Of a stretch of DNA of 64,000 nucleotides, positions 11,054 to 21,177 are shown in pieces. Made by a program: the position numbers and the translations under genes. The stretch's first letter is position 1. Each line of letters begins with the position of its first letter. The DNA is from a virus. The stretch lies in the IMG/VR virus record IMGVR_UViG_3300050014_000619; one strand, written 5' to 3'. The notes below the pieces were generated by a model, which did no database searches, was not told the DNA's origin, and worked only from the letters and a program-made list of their open reading frames with translations.

Positions 11054-11674
11054 ATGGCAAAAGGTACAAAGAAAACTGCAGTTAAAGCAGTGAATGAAGA
11101 ATCATTAGTTGAAGAACCAATAATTGAAGCACAGGTAGAAGAAATAACTGAAGCAAGACCAGTTGACCCAGAGGTATTCGAAACAAAATTGTTTGTTGAA
11201 GAAGAACCAGAGGATGAAGCACAATTATTTGGTGAGGATGTAGTTCCACCAAATGGTGAACCACTCGAAGAAGTTACTGAGTTAACTGAAAAGCTCGAAG
11301 ATATTCAAACAAGGATTGAAGAGTTTCAAACAATTCAGGTAGAACCAGTAGTTGAAGAAGTTCCACCAGTTGCAGAAGATGGTGTTACAATGGGCGGTCT
11401 TGAATACGCTGAAGATTATCATCCAGACCCAAATGTTGAAAGAACACTGGTCGATAAAAGTTTTGAAGAACCAGAATCAATGTATACACTTACTCCTGAA
11501 CAGGAAGAAGAAGGTGCACAAGTAATAGCAGATATGGTAAATGAACAAATTTTAAATGATGTAAGAGAAATGCAAAAATTGCCAGATGTTTTTCCAGTTG
11601 TTGAAAGAGCAAAAGAAAGTTATAGTAATAAAGATTTCAGACATTTTCAAAGAACTGGACAAATGCCAAAATAA
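11054..11674 (+). CDS. acidic hypothetical protein
   Basis: E/V/P-rich 206-aa ORF with upstream GTATTTAT motif. Confidence 0.6.
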   Translation: MAKGTKKTAVKAVNEESLVEEPIIEAQVEEITEARPVDPEVFETKLFVEEEPEDEAQLFGEDVVPPNGEPLEEVTELTEKLEDIQTRIEEFQTIQVEPVVEEVPPVAEDGVTMGGLEYAEDYHPDPNVERTLVDKSFEEPESMYTLTPEQEEEGAQVIADMVNEQILNDVREMQKLPDVFPVVERAKESYSNKDFRHFQRTGQMPK

Positions 11675-11741
11675 TCTTGAAAGTTTTCGATTATGTTAGT
11701 ATTTATTAGAAAATAAGTATTACAATTTTAAATTAAGAAAT

Positions 11742-12233
11742 ATGGCAGAAAAAATGATAAGGGGCATCCCAATCGATTACGAACCTAAAAGGGTAAACCG
11801 ATTCTTTGCCCAATTCCCAACAGCATTAGGAATTGAAGTATGGTCAATTCAGAAGTTCAAAAGACCTTCTATGAAAATAAACAGTGTTCCAATTGATTTC
11901 ATGAACGAACGTAACTACGTTTCTGGACGTTACAATTGGGAAGAAATGACCCTGACATTCCTTGACCCAATCGGTCCGTCAACGTCACAGGTATTGATGG
12001 AGTGGGTACGTTTACATGCAGAATCACTCACAGGTCGTATGGGTTATGCAGCAGGTTATAAGAAAAACATTTATCTTAAATCCTTAGACCCAACGGGTGT
12101 TGAAGTTGAACAATGGTTCTTGGAACAATGTATGATCACAGGTATTGACTTCGGTGAAAACAGCTACGAAGAAGATGCATTAACAAACATTGTTCTTACT
12201 ATACAGCCTTGGCGTTGCATCTTAAATATGTAG
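11742..12233 (+). CDS. tail tube protein (T4 gp19-like)
   Basis: PKRVNRF, GRYNWEEMTLTFLDP, GRMGYAAGYKK, LDPTGVEVEQW; downstream of sheath. Confidence 0.9.
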   Translation: MAEKMIRGIPIDYEPKRVNRFFAQFPTALGIEVWSIQKFKRPSMKINSVPIDFMNERNYVSGRYNWEEMTLTFLDPIGPSTSQVLMEWVRLHAESLTGRMGYAAGYKKNIYLKSLDPTGVEVEQWFLEQCMITGIDFGENSYEEDALTNIVLTIQPWRCILNM

Positions 12234-12288
12234 TATTCAATAAATTACAATTTAATAAAAATGAGATATATAATTATGTATCTCATTT

Positions 12289-12918
12289 TTATTTAATATT
12301 AATCCAGATTTTATTATTAATTATTTGATTTATTGTTGTGCAACAGACATTATATTTTATAGCTATTTTGGGTTGTGAAATTTTTTCTTCATTATACATT
12401 TTTCGTATAATAATAATGTCCTCTGGTGTTAATTTAGAATGTGGTCGTCTATTGGTTGGTATACCCTTCTTCTTTGAAGACATTTGATTTCTCATGCTTA
12501 TTGAAAGAGTTACATTGAATTTTGGGTGCTCTGCACCATGTTTGCCATACATCGGATTGTTTATTCCCAACATACGTTTTGATTGTTTGCTTTTGGTTTC
12601 TTCAGAGCATTTTTTACCTAAACATATTTTTTGTGGGTCATTGATATTGTAACCGTGATTATTGTTTAATGTATTATATATTTTAACACACTCATTTTCT
12701 TTTATTAATAATTCATTTGCAGAGCACACTAAAATTATTGAAAATTCAAAATTATCTCTACCATATTTATTCCAAGCTGATTGTAGGTGTGGATTGTGAT
12801 GTATATTATGATTTAAGTGCCACTTATGGTCACGCCAGCGTTTTTTAATATCAGTGGCACTTCCGATATAAATTTTGTTGTTAATCTTATTTAATATTTT
12901 ATATATTCCTGTTATCAT
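12289..12918 (-). mobile_element. GIY-YIG homing endonuclease (NUMOD3/HTH tail)
   Basis: GIYKI.NKIN.KIYIGSA...R...H...L....H.N..LQ.AWNKYG..NF.F. Confidence 0.88.
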
Positions 12919-12982
12919 TTGTATGAGATATCAGTCGTTATACCCTATTTTTGCCAATATTGAGTGATTCATGACGCATATA

Positions 12983-13774
12983 TCATGCAATAAGTTCTGC
13001 TAATCTATTATTTACAATTAGTTCCGCATAATATGATCTGTCTTTAGTTTCAATTATTTTATATGTTGGGTTGTTATGAGAAAACCAAACGATATATGAT
13101 TTTCCAAGTTTAATACCAGTTGCTTTTTCTATAATATATTTATATAGGCTGAGTTGTAATGAATATATTTCCATATCACAATCTTCCAGTAAATATAAGT
13201 CTTTAAGTAAATGTCTGGATTTCATTTCATGTGTGAAGTCTTTGTTTGTCTTCCAATCATATATCTGGAAGACACCCCATTTAACATTATAAAAGAGCAT
13301 ATCAAGCATTCCACCGATTAATGACTCCCTGTCAAAAATCACAAACTCAGTGCGTATTGGTATTAATTTACCTTGAACATCATCATAAAATTGATCAACG
13401 TGTTTCTTTGTGGTATTATATTCATTAATTACGGGGTCAAAGCCGAATTCATCTAAGATTAGTCTCTTAGGATATTCAAATTTTTTATTTTGAAATAGAT
13501 TTTCGGCATAATCGTGAATTGCCGAACCTTTAATTGTGCCTTTTTTGTTTATGTACTTCCATGCACGAAGAATTTCTTTTGGTGGAAGATTATATTGATT
13601 ACCTTTATATTCTGACCAGTACTTTTCATCAAAATCTTCCTGATACTCATGTATTAGTGTCGTAACACTAATTAATTGTTTGTTATCTACATAGTATTTG
13701 TGAGGTTCATTGAAGAACGTCACATCGTTAAATGCAGTAAACAATTCTCTGGGTATAGGAATTTCAATATTCAT
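12983..13774 (-). CDS. PD-(D/E)XK Cas4/YqaJ-like exonuclease
   Basis: SVTT, GSAIH, E...GGMLD...DWKTN, YSLQLSLY motifs. Confidence 0.8.
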   Translation of the reverse strand: MNIEIPIPRELFTAFNDVTFFNEPHKYYVDNKQLISVTTLIHEYQEDFDEKYWSEYKGNQYNLPPKEILRAWKYINKKGTIKGSAIHDYAENLFQNKKFEYPKRLILDEFGFDPVINEYNTTKKHVDQFYDDVQGKLIPIRTEFVIFDRESLIGGMLDMLFYNVKWGVFQIYDWKTNKDFTHEMKSRHLLKDLYLLEDCDMEIYSLQLSLYKYIIEKATGIKLGKSYIVWFSHNNPTYKIIETKDRSYYAELIVNNRLAELIA

Positions 13775-13797
13775 AAGGACAGCAAATGTAGTTAAAA

Positions 13798-14700
13798 TTA
13801 ATTAATAACGATATTGTTTTGTAAAATTTTTGCAAAATCAATAGCTTCCAAATCCTTTATGAGTAAATTTTTATCGGGTGGTAGACCATTATATCCATGA
13901 ATATGATTAACTAATACATTCCTTATGATATTCAATGCTTGAACTAATACATCGCCTCTTACCATTGGATGACCTTCGGCAAATATTCTATCACGATCTT
14001 CAGATGTAAAGTTTGTGGCTTTAAATTGAGGATTACCACTATGAGATATTATTGCAATTTTATCTGCTGTTACAACTGTTCTGCTTTGATAATTAGCTGA
14101 TGTTTGTACAAGATTTACTGGTTCAAAAACCATGCTGATCTCTGCGGGGTTCTTTGTGTTTAATTTCAGCACATTACCATTTTCGTGTTTACCTGCTCTT
14201 ATGTGAACTTCATTAACACGTAATATCACATCGGTATTAACTCTACCAACGATTGCAATATCTTCGCTAAGAGGATATACACCTTTAGCATCAGGATACG
14301 TATTAGGTGCGGGTTCTGGATTGGTCAGTGGTACATTTGTTGTTGAAAGTGCAGTAAAACGGGTATCTAAGCCAATTTTATGAGGTTGGCTGATAATACT
14401 ACCAAGCCAGAATCTACTTCTCTGTGGATATTTAGTATCTTCGATGAATACTCTTACCATTTCACCAACCTTTGGAAGATTGAAGAAGTATTTTGGTAAT
14501 AAAGGATAACACCAAGGCAGTTCATTAGTATTTGTAGTTCTGTTGTCAAACTCATATATTTTTACTTTGATTCTCCCACCCATTGTAGCATCATCAATTG
14601 ATATTACTTCAGCATAGTATATAGTTCTGGTAATAACAGCAGTTTGTCCAACCTTTTTGGGGTCGCTCGTTTGTAATACAGGTTTATCAAATGCACTCAT
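13798..14700 (-). CDS. baseplate central spike (gp5/gpV-like OB fold)
   Basis: GRIKVKI, LPWCYP, PKVGEMVRV OB-fold motifs; C-terminal HIH metal-binding motif. Confidence 0.75.
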   Translation of the reverse strand: MSAFDKPVLQTSDPKKVGQTAVITRTIYYAEVISIDDATMGGRIKVKIYEFDNRTTNTNELPWCYPLLPKYFFNLPKVGEMVRVFIEDTKYPQRSRFWLGSIISQPHKIGLDTRFTALSTTNVPLTNPEPAPNTYPDAKGVYPLSEDIAIVGRVNTDVILRVNEVHIRAGKHENGNVLKLNTKNPAEISMVFEPVNLVQTSANYQSRTVVTADKIAIISHSGNPQFKATNFTSEDRDRIFAEGHPMVRGDVLVQALNIIRNVLVNHIHGYNGLPPDKNLLIKDLEAIDFAKILQNNIVIN

Positions 14701-14906
14701 TATCTTTTCTCCATTTCCTCAATTAATTCAACATAATATTTCTCTGTTTCAGATAATATACTGAGCTTACTATTAATCAGTTTAGCCAGTTCATCTGCTT
14801 CAAAGGTGTGATTAATAATTTCTTGCTTAAGTCTATCATGTTTTGTTTTGGTATCATTGATGAGCTTAAGCAATTCTGTTGGTGTGTATTTACTTAAATC
14901 TTCCAT
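14700..14906 (-). CDS. small coiled-coil hypothetical protein
   Basis: Translationally coupled (TAATG) ORF. Confidence 0.6.
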   Translation of the reverse strand: MEDLSKYTPTELLKLINDTKTKHDRLKQEIINHTFEADELAKLINSKLSILSETEKYYVELIEEMEKR

Positions 14907-15319
14907 TATTGTATAACTCCATATCCTTTACTAAATGTAGTGGTAAGACCGACCACGGTAACGGGTCCTGCTGCTGATATACCTGCAGCCGAAAGTGTAA
15001 TCCCGGGTGGTATTGCCACTGTTATAACTGCTTGCTGTTGAAATGCTTTAATTATCTCTTCTACAGCGATTCTCCACATGATTTCATCGGGACTAATTGC
15101 GCCCGAAGGTAGCGGTCCGACTGGCAGTCCAGCTTCAGATTTTCTACTGATGATCGCATTACTGATTTTAATTGGTGACAGTCCAGTACGATGTGGCACG
15201 CCCAATAAAATAATTGGTGTGGGTATCGGAGGCGGACCGCCCAACGATGAGAGATTCAATATCTTATTGAATGCCCCAAGAATAAAATCCATGTTATTTA
15301 CATATTGTGTTGCTGCCAT
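14906..15319 (-). CDS. putative baseplate/spike-associated protein
   Basis: P/G-rich, coupled to spike operon. Confidence 0.5.
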   Translation of the reverse strand: MAATQYVNNMDFILGAFNKILNLSSLGGPPPIPTPIILLGVPHRTGLSPIKISNAIISRKSEAGLPVGPLPSGAISPDEIMWRIAVEEIIKAFQQQAVITVAIPPGITLSAAGISAAGPVTVVGLTTTFSKGYGVIQ

Positions 15320-15329
15320 TGTGTTTAAA

Positions 15330-16646
15330 TTATGTGCTTGTTCCAGTCAGACTTTTAATTATGCCTGAATATTGTGTTATTTTTTCTACTATAATTTTTC
15401 TTATAACTGGATTTAATAATGCAATTAAAAATCTTACAACCATATTAAATATAAATTCTCCAACTATTGTCATTATTGCATTTATATTGCAATTTATAAT
15501 CGTTTTAAACTTTTTTAAATCATCTTTTATACTACCGATTTTCGGTACACCACCATTTTGAAATGCACTAGTAATTGCCAGTAATGCACGAATTTGTGGT
15601 GTGGTAGTAAGAGCATTTGCAAATTCATTTGTAATTAAGTTTATTAATCTCTGGAAGAAACCGTCCTTAATTGATTGTTTATTCTCATCATTAACTGCAG
15701 GGTCGTTTACACTATCAGCAATTGTGTTATTAATTTGATTACCGATAAAGGTTGGGTCTGTAGAACCACTGATGCTGTTTATTAAGCTCGTTAAGCCACT
15801 TAAAGGCAGACTTGCTCCCATTACACCACAACCCAAATCATAATAAACTATACCATTAATAACTTCTTCTGCACGTTGAAGTAACGCAGCGTTATCTTCA
15901 GGAGTTATTAAAAAGGTCTGGTTGTCATTTACCAGTTGTTCAATTAGCTTGTCTGCGTATAAACCATTATATGCTTCAGTAACACTTTTGCCCTGAACCT
16001 TACTAACTGTACCGTATATTTTATCCATTACATTTGTCAAGAATTGCTTTTTATCAATAATTGCCATATCATTAATGAAAGCATTTGCCCATGTACCAAC
16101 TGTTGTACCAAGTGTGGGATTTTCTCTGAAAATCATTTCATCAGTTATTTCGTCATATTTCATCATTAATGACATACCATATGGAATTTCAGTGCCAGCA
16201 TTTTGAATTGCATCATATGCTGTCTTATTAAAGTTCAAAGGTGCGCTGGGATATTTTAAATCACCAATTGCTGAACTTGGATTAATTTTCAAATCACCCT
16301 TAATATCAATATCTTTTATCTTTACTCTTATGCCCGTACCGCCTGACGTAAAAATTGACGGAAGATTATCTCCTGCATTATATTGATTAGCTTGTTTCTT
16401 TACAGCATCTTTTAATTTAGGTTCGACATTATCGATTAGGCTTGTAAATAGTTCACCTGTTAACATCTGCAAAGCATCTGTTCCAACTACTACTTTTAGA
16501 ATGTCAAGTAAAAATGGTACTACTTCCTTTTTATTGTTAACTGAAGGAAATACATTAGTGGTATCAGGTATTTGTCCTGATTGCGCTACTGATGTAAATG
16601 TACCAATAGTAGTAAAAATATTTTTTTTATCACCAGCTAAACTCAT
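15330..16646 (-). CDS. putative virion structural protein
   Basis: 438-aa ORF in spike operon. Confidence 0.5.
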   Translation of the reverse strand: MSLAGDKKNIFTTIGTFTSVAQSGQIPDTTNVFPSVNNKKEVVPFLLDILKVVVGTDALQMLTGELFTSLIDNVEPKLKDAVKKQANQYNAGDNLPSIFTSGGTGIRVKIKDIDIKGDLKINPSSAIGDLKYPSAPLNFNKTAYDAIQNAGTEIPYGMSLMMKYDEITDEMIFRENPTLGTTVGTWANAFINDMAIIDKKQFLTNVMDKIYGTVSKVQGKSVTEAYNGLYADKLIEQLVNDNQTFLITPEDNAALLQRAEEVINGIVYYDLGCGVMGASLPLSGLTSLINSISGSTDPTFIGNQINNTIADSVNDPAVNDENKQSIKDGFFQRLINLITNEFANALTTTPQIRALLAITSAFQNGGVPKIGSIKDDLKKFKTIINCNINAIMTIVGEFIFNMVVRFLIALLNPVIRKIIVEKITQYSGIIKSLTGTST

Positions 16647-17044
16647 TACCTATTTTCTTTATCTCTTTGTTGCTTCTTTTCAATTTCTCTCTGAACCATA
16701 TCAAGAAGTTCGTTTCTTTTGTCCGTTGTAATTTCACCAGACTCACTATCTTGTGGTTGATTTTTATTAGTGCTTCCACCATCCTTGTTTTCGAATACGA
16801 CTTCTTTTAGATATTTTAATAACATGATTTTTTGATCTTGGTTCTTAGCTTCAGCAGCGATCAATTTTACAATTTGATCGCCAATTGCTTGAATTTCACC
16901 ACCTTCTTTTACTTTCAGTTCCCATTTAGTAAAAAGTCTGGTAATTTTTGCTTTTAAGTTGTGAGAATCATCGTAGATTTCTTGTAAGAGTTTATTGACA
17001 CTATCTTCGTCAAAGCTCAATTTTTTTCTGGTTGGGCGTGGCAT
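16646..17044 (-). CDS. hypothetical protein
   Basis: Helical ORF, upstream GTATTTAT motif. Confidence 0.6.
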   Translation of the reverse strand: MPRPTRKKLSFDEDSVNKLLQEIYDDSHNLKAKITRLFTKWELKVKEGGEIQAIGDQIVKLIAAEAKNQDQKIMLLKYLKEVVFENKDGGSTNKNQPQDSESGEITTDKRNELLDMVQREIEKKQQRDKENR

Positions 17045-17102
17045 TGCTTTATGGTTTTAGTACATATAAATACAGTTATTTTGATTTTAATTAAAAAAGA
17101 TT

Positions 17103-17127
17103 GGCAACTGTAATTGCTACAGTTGCC
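17103..17127 (-). terminator. intrinsic terminator
   Basis: ggcaactgta-attgc-tacagttgcc with A-run at 17093-17098 (T-run on minus strand). Confidence 0.75.
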
Positions 17128-17157
17128 ATATCCAACATAAAAATGGTATAATTATGC

Positions 17158-18036
17158 TTATTCGTCCATGTAATCCATTTTTTCCAAGAAATAAATTTCC
17201 TTAAACGGTTTGATTGCTATCCTGATTTCCTTTGTGGATAAGTTTGTCTGCTCTTTCAGGAATAACAATATTTTATTTTTTGCAAATTTATTGGTTACAC
17301 GTTTATTATATTTTCCTTCTGGTGTGTCTTCCATGAATAATATATGCCAGTTCTTCAATACATTTATAATTGCATCACCGACAATAATTTCATTTCTTTT
17401 CATGCAAGGATCGCTGTTGATTTTATCATCAATCTTTTTCACTACAGTATTAATTAATTTCTCAAATTGATGTTCGGTTTCGGTTTCGAGTTCATAAGAG
17501 TATTCAATATTCTCATTAATCTCATCAATATGATCATCAAAAGATAAATTAGTTTTCTTCTCAATATAGCTTTTTCTGCTATGATCTTTGTAGTAGTTTC
17601 GAATAATTGTCTGACAATAACTATATGCCTTTGAATTAAATATTCTATAATTATATCCGCTATCCTTTTCTTTAAGTAATTCTTGTAATTTTTCAGTAGC
17701 TTCTTCGGGAAGCCAATACTTATAAATATTTGATTTAGTCCATTTTGGAGTGCCACATATATTAAATTCAATAATAAATGGTCTGTATTTAATCATGTGT
17801 TCAATTAAATGACTTCTGGCATTGGATTCAACCTCTTCAATATCATAGTTTCCAATATGTATGGGATAGCGTCTTAATATTGATTCAATCATTTTGCGAA
17901 AAGGTATTAACAAGATTTCATTATAAATTTTGTTTTTTCCTTCTGCTGTAGTTCCAGTAATATAATCTATAACTGCTTGTTCTTCTTTCTCCGCAAAATA
18001 TGGTACGTTCACTTCATAATCAACTTTTTTCTTCAT
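17158..18036 (-). CDS. putative phage late sigma factor (gp55-like)
   Basis: YF...EEQAV..Y...NKIYNE.L..PF.KM.E, KAYSYCQTI.RNY region-2-like pattern. Confidence 0.55.
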   Translation of the reverse strand: MKKKVDYEVNVPYFAEKEEQAVIDYITGTTAEGKNKIYNEILLIPFRKMIESILRRYPIHIGNYDIEEVESNARSHLIEHMIKYRPFIIEFNICGTPKWTKSNIYKYWLPEEATEKLQELLKEKDSGYNYRIFNSKAYSYCQTIIRNYYKDHSRKSYIEKKTNLSFDDHIDEINENIEYSYELETETEHQFEKLINTVVKKIDDKINSDPCMKRNEIIVGDAIINVLKNWHILFMEDTPEGKYNKRVTNKFAKNKILLFLKEQTNLSTKEIRIAIKPFKEIYFLEKMDYMDE

Positions 18037-18061
18037 TTAGTTATAAATTGATACTCTAATA

Positions 18062-18874
18062 TTATTTTTGAAGTCTTGACATATCGATAGGTCTGTCACC
18101 CATGATGTTAGCTTCTTTTGTTGCAGTTTCGAACCAAAATTTACGTTCTTCGACTGGCATCGTTTTTAAATAAGAGTCAAATAAACTACCCTCACGTGTG
18201 GCAAAATGTTTGTAACCGATTTTTGGAATACTGAAGATTTTACAAGCATTATTTAACGCTCTGAGTAAGAACTCATACATGAAGGTTAACTTAATGTTTG
18301 ATTTATATCCACCGAGATTCTTAAATTCGGATTTTTTAATTACTGCGCCACTGAGTTTGAAGTCTGTATACTGTTTCAATGCTGGAGCGTTCAAATAACC
18401 CATTTCGCCATTTTCACCAACGAATTGTTGTGCCCAAACGGTCTCATTTGTTATTTTTATGCCCTGATTCAGATGATTCACCTCAATCATCATAGTTAAG
18501 AAAACATCTATTTCTGGATAGCTTTCAACATATTTAACTGCATTTTTAAAGTATGTCGTACTGTATTCATCATCGAATTCAAGCACCGAGAAATAATCAG
18601 TAGGTATTGATTCAACCGCAAAATTAACCTGTGATTGATAGTCTGTTTTACCCATATTCGAAAGAAAAATGATATTAATCCCTTCAGGATATTTAGCCAA
18701 TAGGCTTACTTCATATTTCAAAATGTCATCTGCAATTGCAAATGCACATACTACCACAATCTGTGGTTTTACTTCAACGTTTTCTTGCTTAAGTACTGAT
18801 TCAATTGCCTTGTCTAATAGGCTTGAAACCTGATCGTTAAATTCGTGTATTGGAATTATTACTGTTATATTCAT
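18062..18874 (-). CDS. glycosyltransferase family 2
   Basis: ITVIIPIH, VN.AVE...DYFSVLEFDDEY, YEFLLR. Confidence 0.8.
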   Translation of the reverse strand: MNITVIIPIHEFNDQVSSLLDKAIESVLKQENVEVKPQIVVVCAFAIADDILKYEVSLLAKYPEGINIIFLSNMGKTDYQSQVNFAVESIPTDYFSVLEFDDEYSTTYFKNAVKYVESYPEIDVFLTMMIEVNHLNQGIKITNETVWAQQFVGENGEMGYLNAPALKQYTDFKLSGAVIKKSEFKNLGGYKSNIKLTFMYEFLLRALNNACKIFSIPKIGYKHFATREGSLFDSYLKTMPVEERKFWFETATKEANIMGDRPIDMSRLQK

Positions 18875-18900
18875 TTTATATATTTATTATGTTAAAATTA

Positions 18901-20142
18901 TTATTCTGTTACTGGTGGACTAAATGTGTCTACCTGCTGTTGAGGTTCAGTTGGTATTAATGTACCTTCGGCTGATACAATATTACCATTTTCATCTACT
19001 TTCTGAGGATGCATTGGAAATGCTGCGTTGAATAATGCGATTCTTGCATCGATAATACCTTGATAAATGTCAACCAGTTGTTTTGCGCTGTCTTCCTGAT
19101 TGTATTTACTTGCAACCTTTGCCATTGTTTCATAAAGTTCGGGTTGAATACTGTCATCGAGAAATTTTATCAGGACTTCGCCTGTTAGTACAGGAAGATC
19201 ATAATAGTTCTCAGTCCAGACTCCAGCACCTTCAACTACTTTAACTGCCTTACCAGTTTCATCCCTTTCGATCATATATTCTGGCATAATATCGGGTTTT
19301 AAGCAAATTGGAACTACACCAGACTTCATACATTCAAGTGGAAATGTACCTAATGATGAAATTCTGTCAATCCAAATAGCTGCAAAGTTACCCTGAAGTC
19401 TTTTTGCAAAGTCAATCCTACGCATTGCCTGTGGCGGTTTTGATTTTGTTAACATTGGGTCAAAAGTTATCCAGCTATACTGTGGGTATTTGCTGAAGAA
19501 CAGCTTAACGAGCTTGCTAATCTCATTAGCATTTCTACCAATGACCGAAATTATTGGTTTCTGTGGTAATTTTGATGGTGCAAAATAATCAGGAATACCT
19601 ACATTGTAAGTTCTAATATTGAATTTGCCCTGACCATAAAATGTTTCAAGCCATTCTTTTAATGTCGGTGAAGTTGTAATAACGTCATGAATATTAAAAG
19701 CTGACCAATCGGTGCCCGGGATCAGTGCATTTATCATATAGTCAGCAGATTGTAATAAACCGACTCTTACACATGGTAAGTTTTTAGTCTGCTCCATAAT
19801 ATTTGAATATATTTCTGGAATTACCATCACGTCTTCAGGACCGACTGTAAGTTTAGGGTCTGCCATCGGTATGTGTTTGTGATTTGTCAGTTCTTTTTCA
19901 ATCCAGTTAGGTACGACATAATCACCTTTTTCTACCATGATATAAACATCGAAGCCCATGCTTTTTACAACTGTTGCATGAAAATAAATTTCATATACAC
20001 TTGCTGTTGGACTTTGTGATTCAGGAACACAGAATAAGAATTTTGATTTCTTATTTGTTATTTTAGCTAAAGCTGTTTTAATTTTTTCTATTTTTTCTAA
20101 TTCAGCCAATTGTGCTTCATTATTTAATAATTGTTCACTCAT
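18901..20142 (-). CDS. GT-B (GT4-like) glycosyltransferase
   Basis: DVMVIPE, SSLGTFPLECMKSG motif. Confidence 0.7.
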   Translation of the reverse strand: MSEQLLNNEAQLAELEKIEKIKTALAKITNKKSKFLFCVPESQSPTASVYEIYFHATVVKSMGFDVYIMVEKGDYVVPNWIEKELTNHKHIPMADPKLTVGPEDVMVIPEIYSNIMEQTKNLPCVRVGLLQSADYMINALIPGTDWSAFNIHDVITTSPTLKEWLETFYGQGKFNIRTYNVGIPDYFAPSKLPQKPIISVIGRNANEISKLVKLFFSKYPQYSWITFDPMLTKSKPPQAMRRIDFAKRLQGNFAAIWIDRISSLGTFPLECMKSGVVPICLKPDIMPEYMIERDETGKAVKVVEGAGVWTENYYDLPVLTGEVLIKFLDDSIQPELYETMAKVASKYNQEDSAKQLVDIYQGIIDARIALFNAAFPMHPQKVDENGNIVSAEGTLIPTEPQQQVDTFSPPVTE

Positions 20143-20145
20143 TTT

Positions 20146-20889
20146 TTACTTATTTTTAAATTTAATTATTTTTTCAAACTTTTTATTGTCGATTAAATCG
20201 GCAATTTGTAAAACTTCCAGAGAACCTACATTAATGTTTTCATTATATGGTCTCTTTAGTTTTATTAATTTTTTACCCCAAGGTGCTCCACCCTTAAGAA
20301 TTTCTGGGTCGGTTGTTATCAGTACATCAACATAATTCCACATATCAAATGGTTGTTCAACAAAACGATAGTTCTGAAATCTCATTGATATCTTACTTAA
20401 AAAGAACATCGTTGGTGGTATACTGAATTTATTTTCAACTGATACTACTGTAAAGTCCGCAGAATCTTGATACTTTTCCAAGAAATTATTTACGTGAGTA
20501 TCAAGGTTCATATACATTTTAGGTGCTGCACCGAAGATTTCAAAAAGATAGTCTTGATATACGAAACGATTATAAACTTCTTTTGCAGTCAGCTTAATCT
20601 CTTCAGGTGCTTTGAATAAGAATATGTCTGCTGGTGCTTCACCGAGTTTTTCATCATGTTGATAATCCAAAGGATTAATATCTGCTGGCATGTCTTCAGG
20701 CTCTTTTAATACCTTAACTGTTTCTGTAGTATCAACGAATTTATAATTACCAAAATAATCATAAACATACGGCTGTTTTTCTGGTACGCCTTCTTCACCA
20801 AATTCTTGAACATAATATCTGTCAAACTGAAGCCACTTTGCTCTCAGGACTTCATTTACATCAATACCAATTTTTAATTTTTTACTCAT
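20146..20889 (-). CDS. HAD-family 5'(3')-deoxyribonucleotidase-like protein
   Basis: KIGIDVNEVLR motif I; DVLITTDP; IKLKRPYN. Confidence 0.65.
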   Translation of the reverse strand: MSKKLKIGIDVNEVLRAKWLQFDRYYVQEFGEEGVPEKQPYVYDYFGNYKFVDTTETVKVLKEPEDMPADINPLDYQHDEKLGEAPADIFLFKAPEEIKLTAKEVYNRFVYQDYLFEIFGAAPKMYMNLDTHVNNFLEKYQDSADFTVVSVENKFSIPPTMFFLSKISMRFQNYRFVEQPFDMWNYVDVLITTDPEILKGGAPWGKKLIKLKRPYNENINVGSLEVLQIADLIDNKKFEKIIKFKNK

Positions 20890-21172
20890 TATTTTTTTCT
20901 TTTATTAATTCGAGTTGTATCTTCAACTCTTCTTGTAATTTTTTCATTTTTTCTGTATGTTGCTGAATTAATTCAGGTTCGGTAATATAGCTGGGATTAA
21001 TACAATCAACTCGTGTTTCCAGCATTGGTAGTGATTGTGTAGGAAGAACAATTACTTCTCCTTCAAATGTTGTAGGAGTAATTTTTGCTGCTACCTTATA
21101 CACGTATTCTTGAACGTCTTCACTGCGCATTCCAGCAATACCAACATATATAACTAAAATCTTTGTTTTCAT
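20882..21172 (-). CDS. hypothetical protein
   Basis: ORF in operon. Confidence 0.6.
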   Translation of the reverse strand: MKTKILVIYVGIAGMRSEDVQEYVYKVAAKITPTTFEGEVIVLPTQSLPMLETRVDCINPSYITEPELIQQHTEKMKKLQEELKIQLELIKEKNNE

Positions 21173-21177
21173 AATTA

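Noticed and set aside
12983-13774. Cas4 of a CRISPR-Cas locus
   Set aside because: Solo PD-(D/E)XK nuclease with no array or other cas genes
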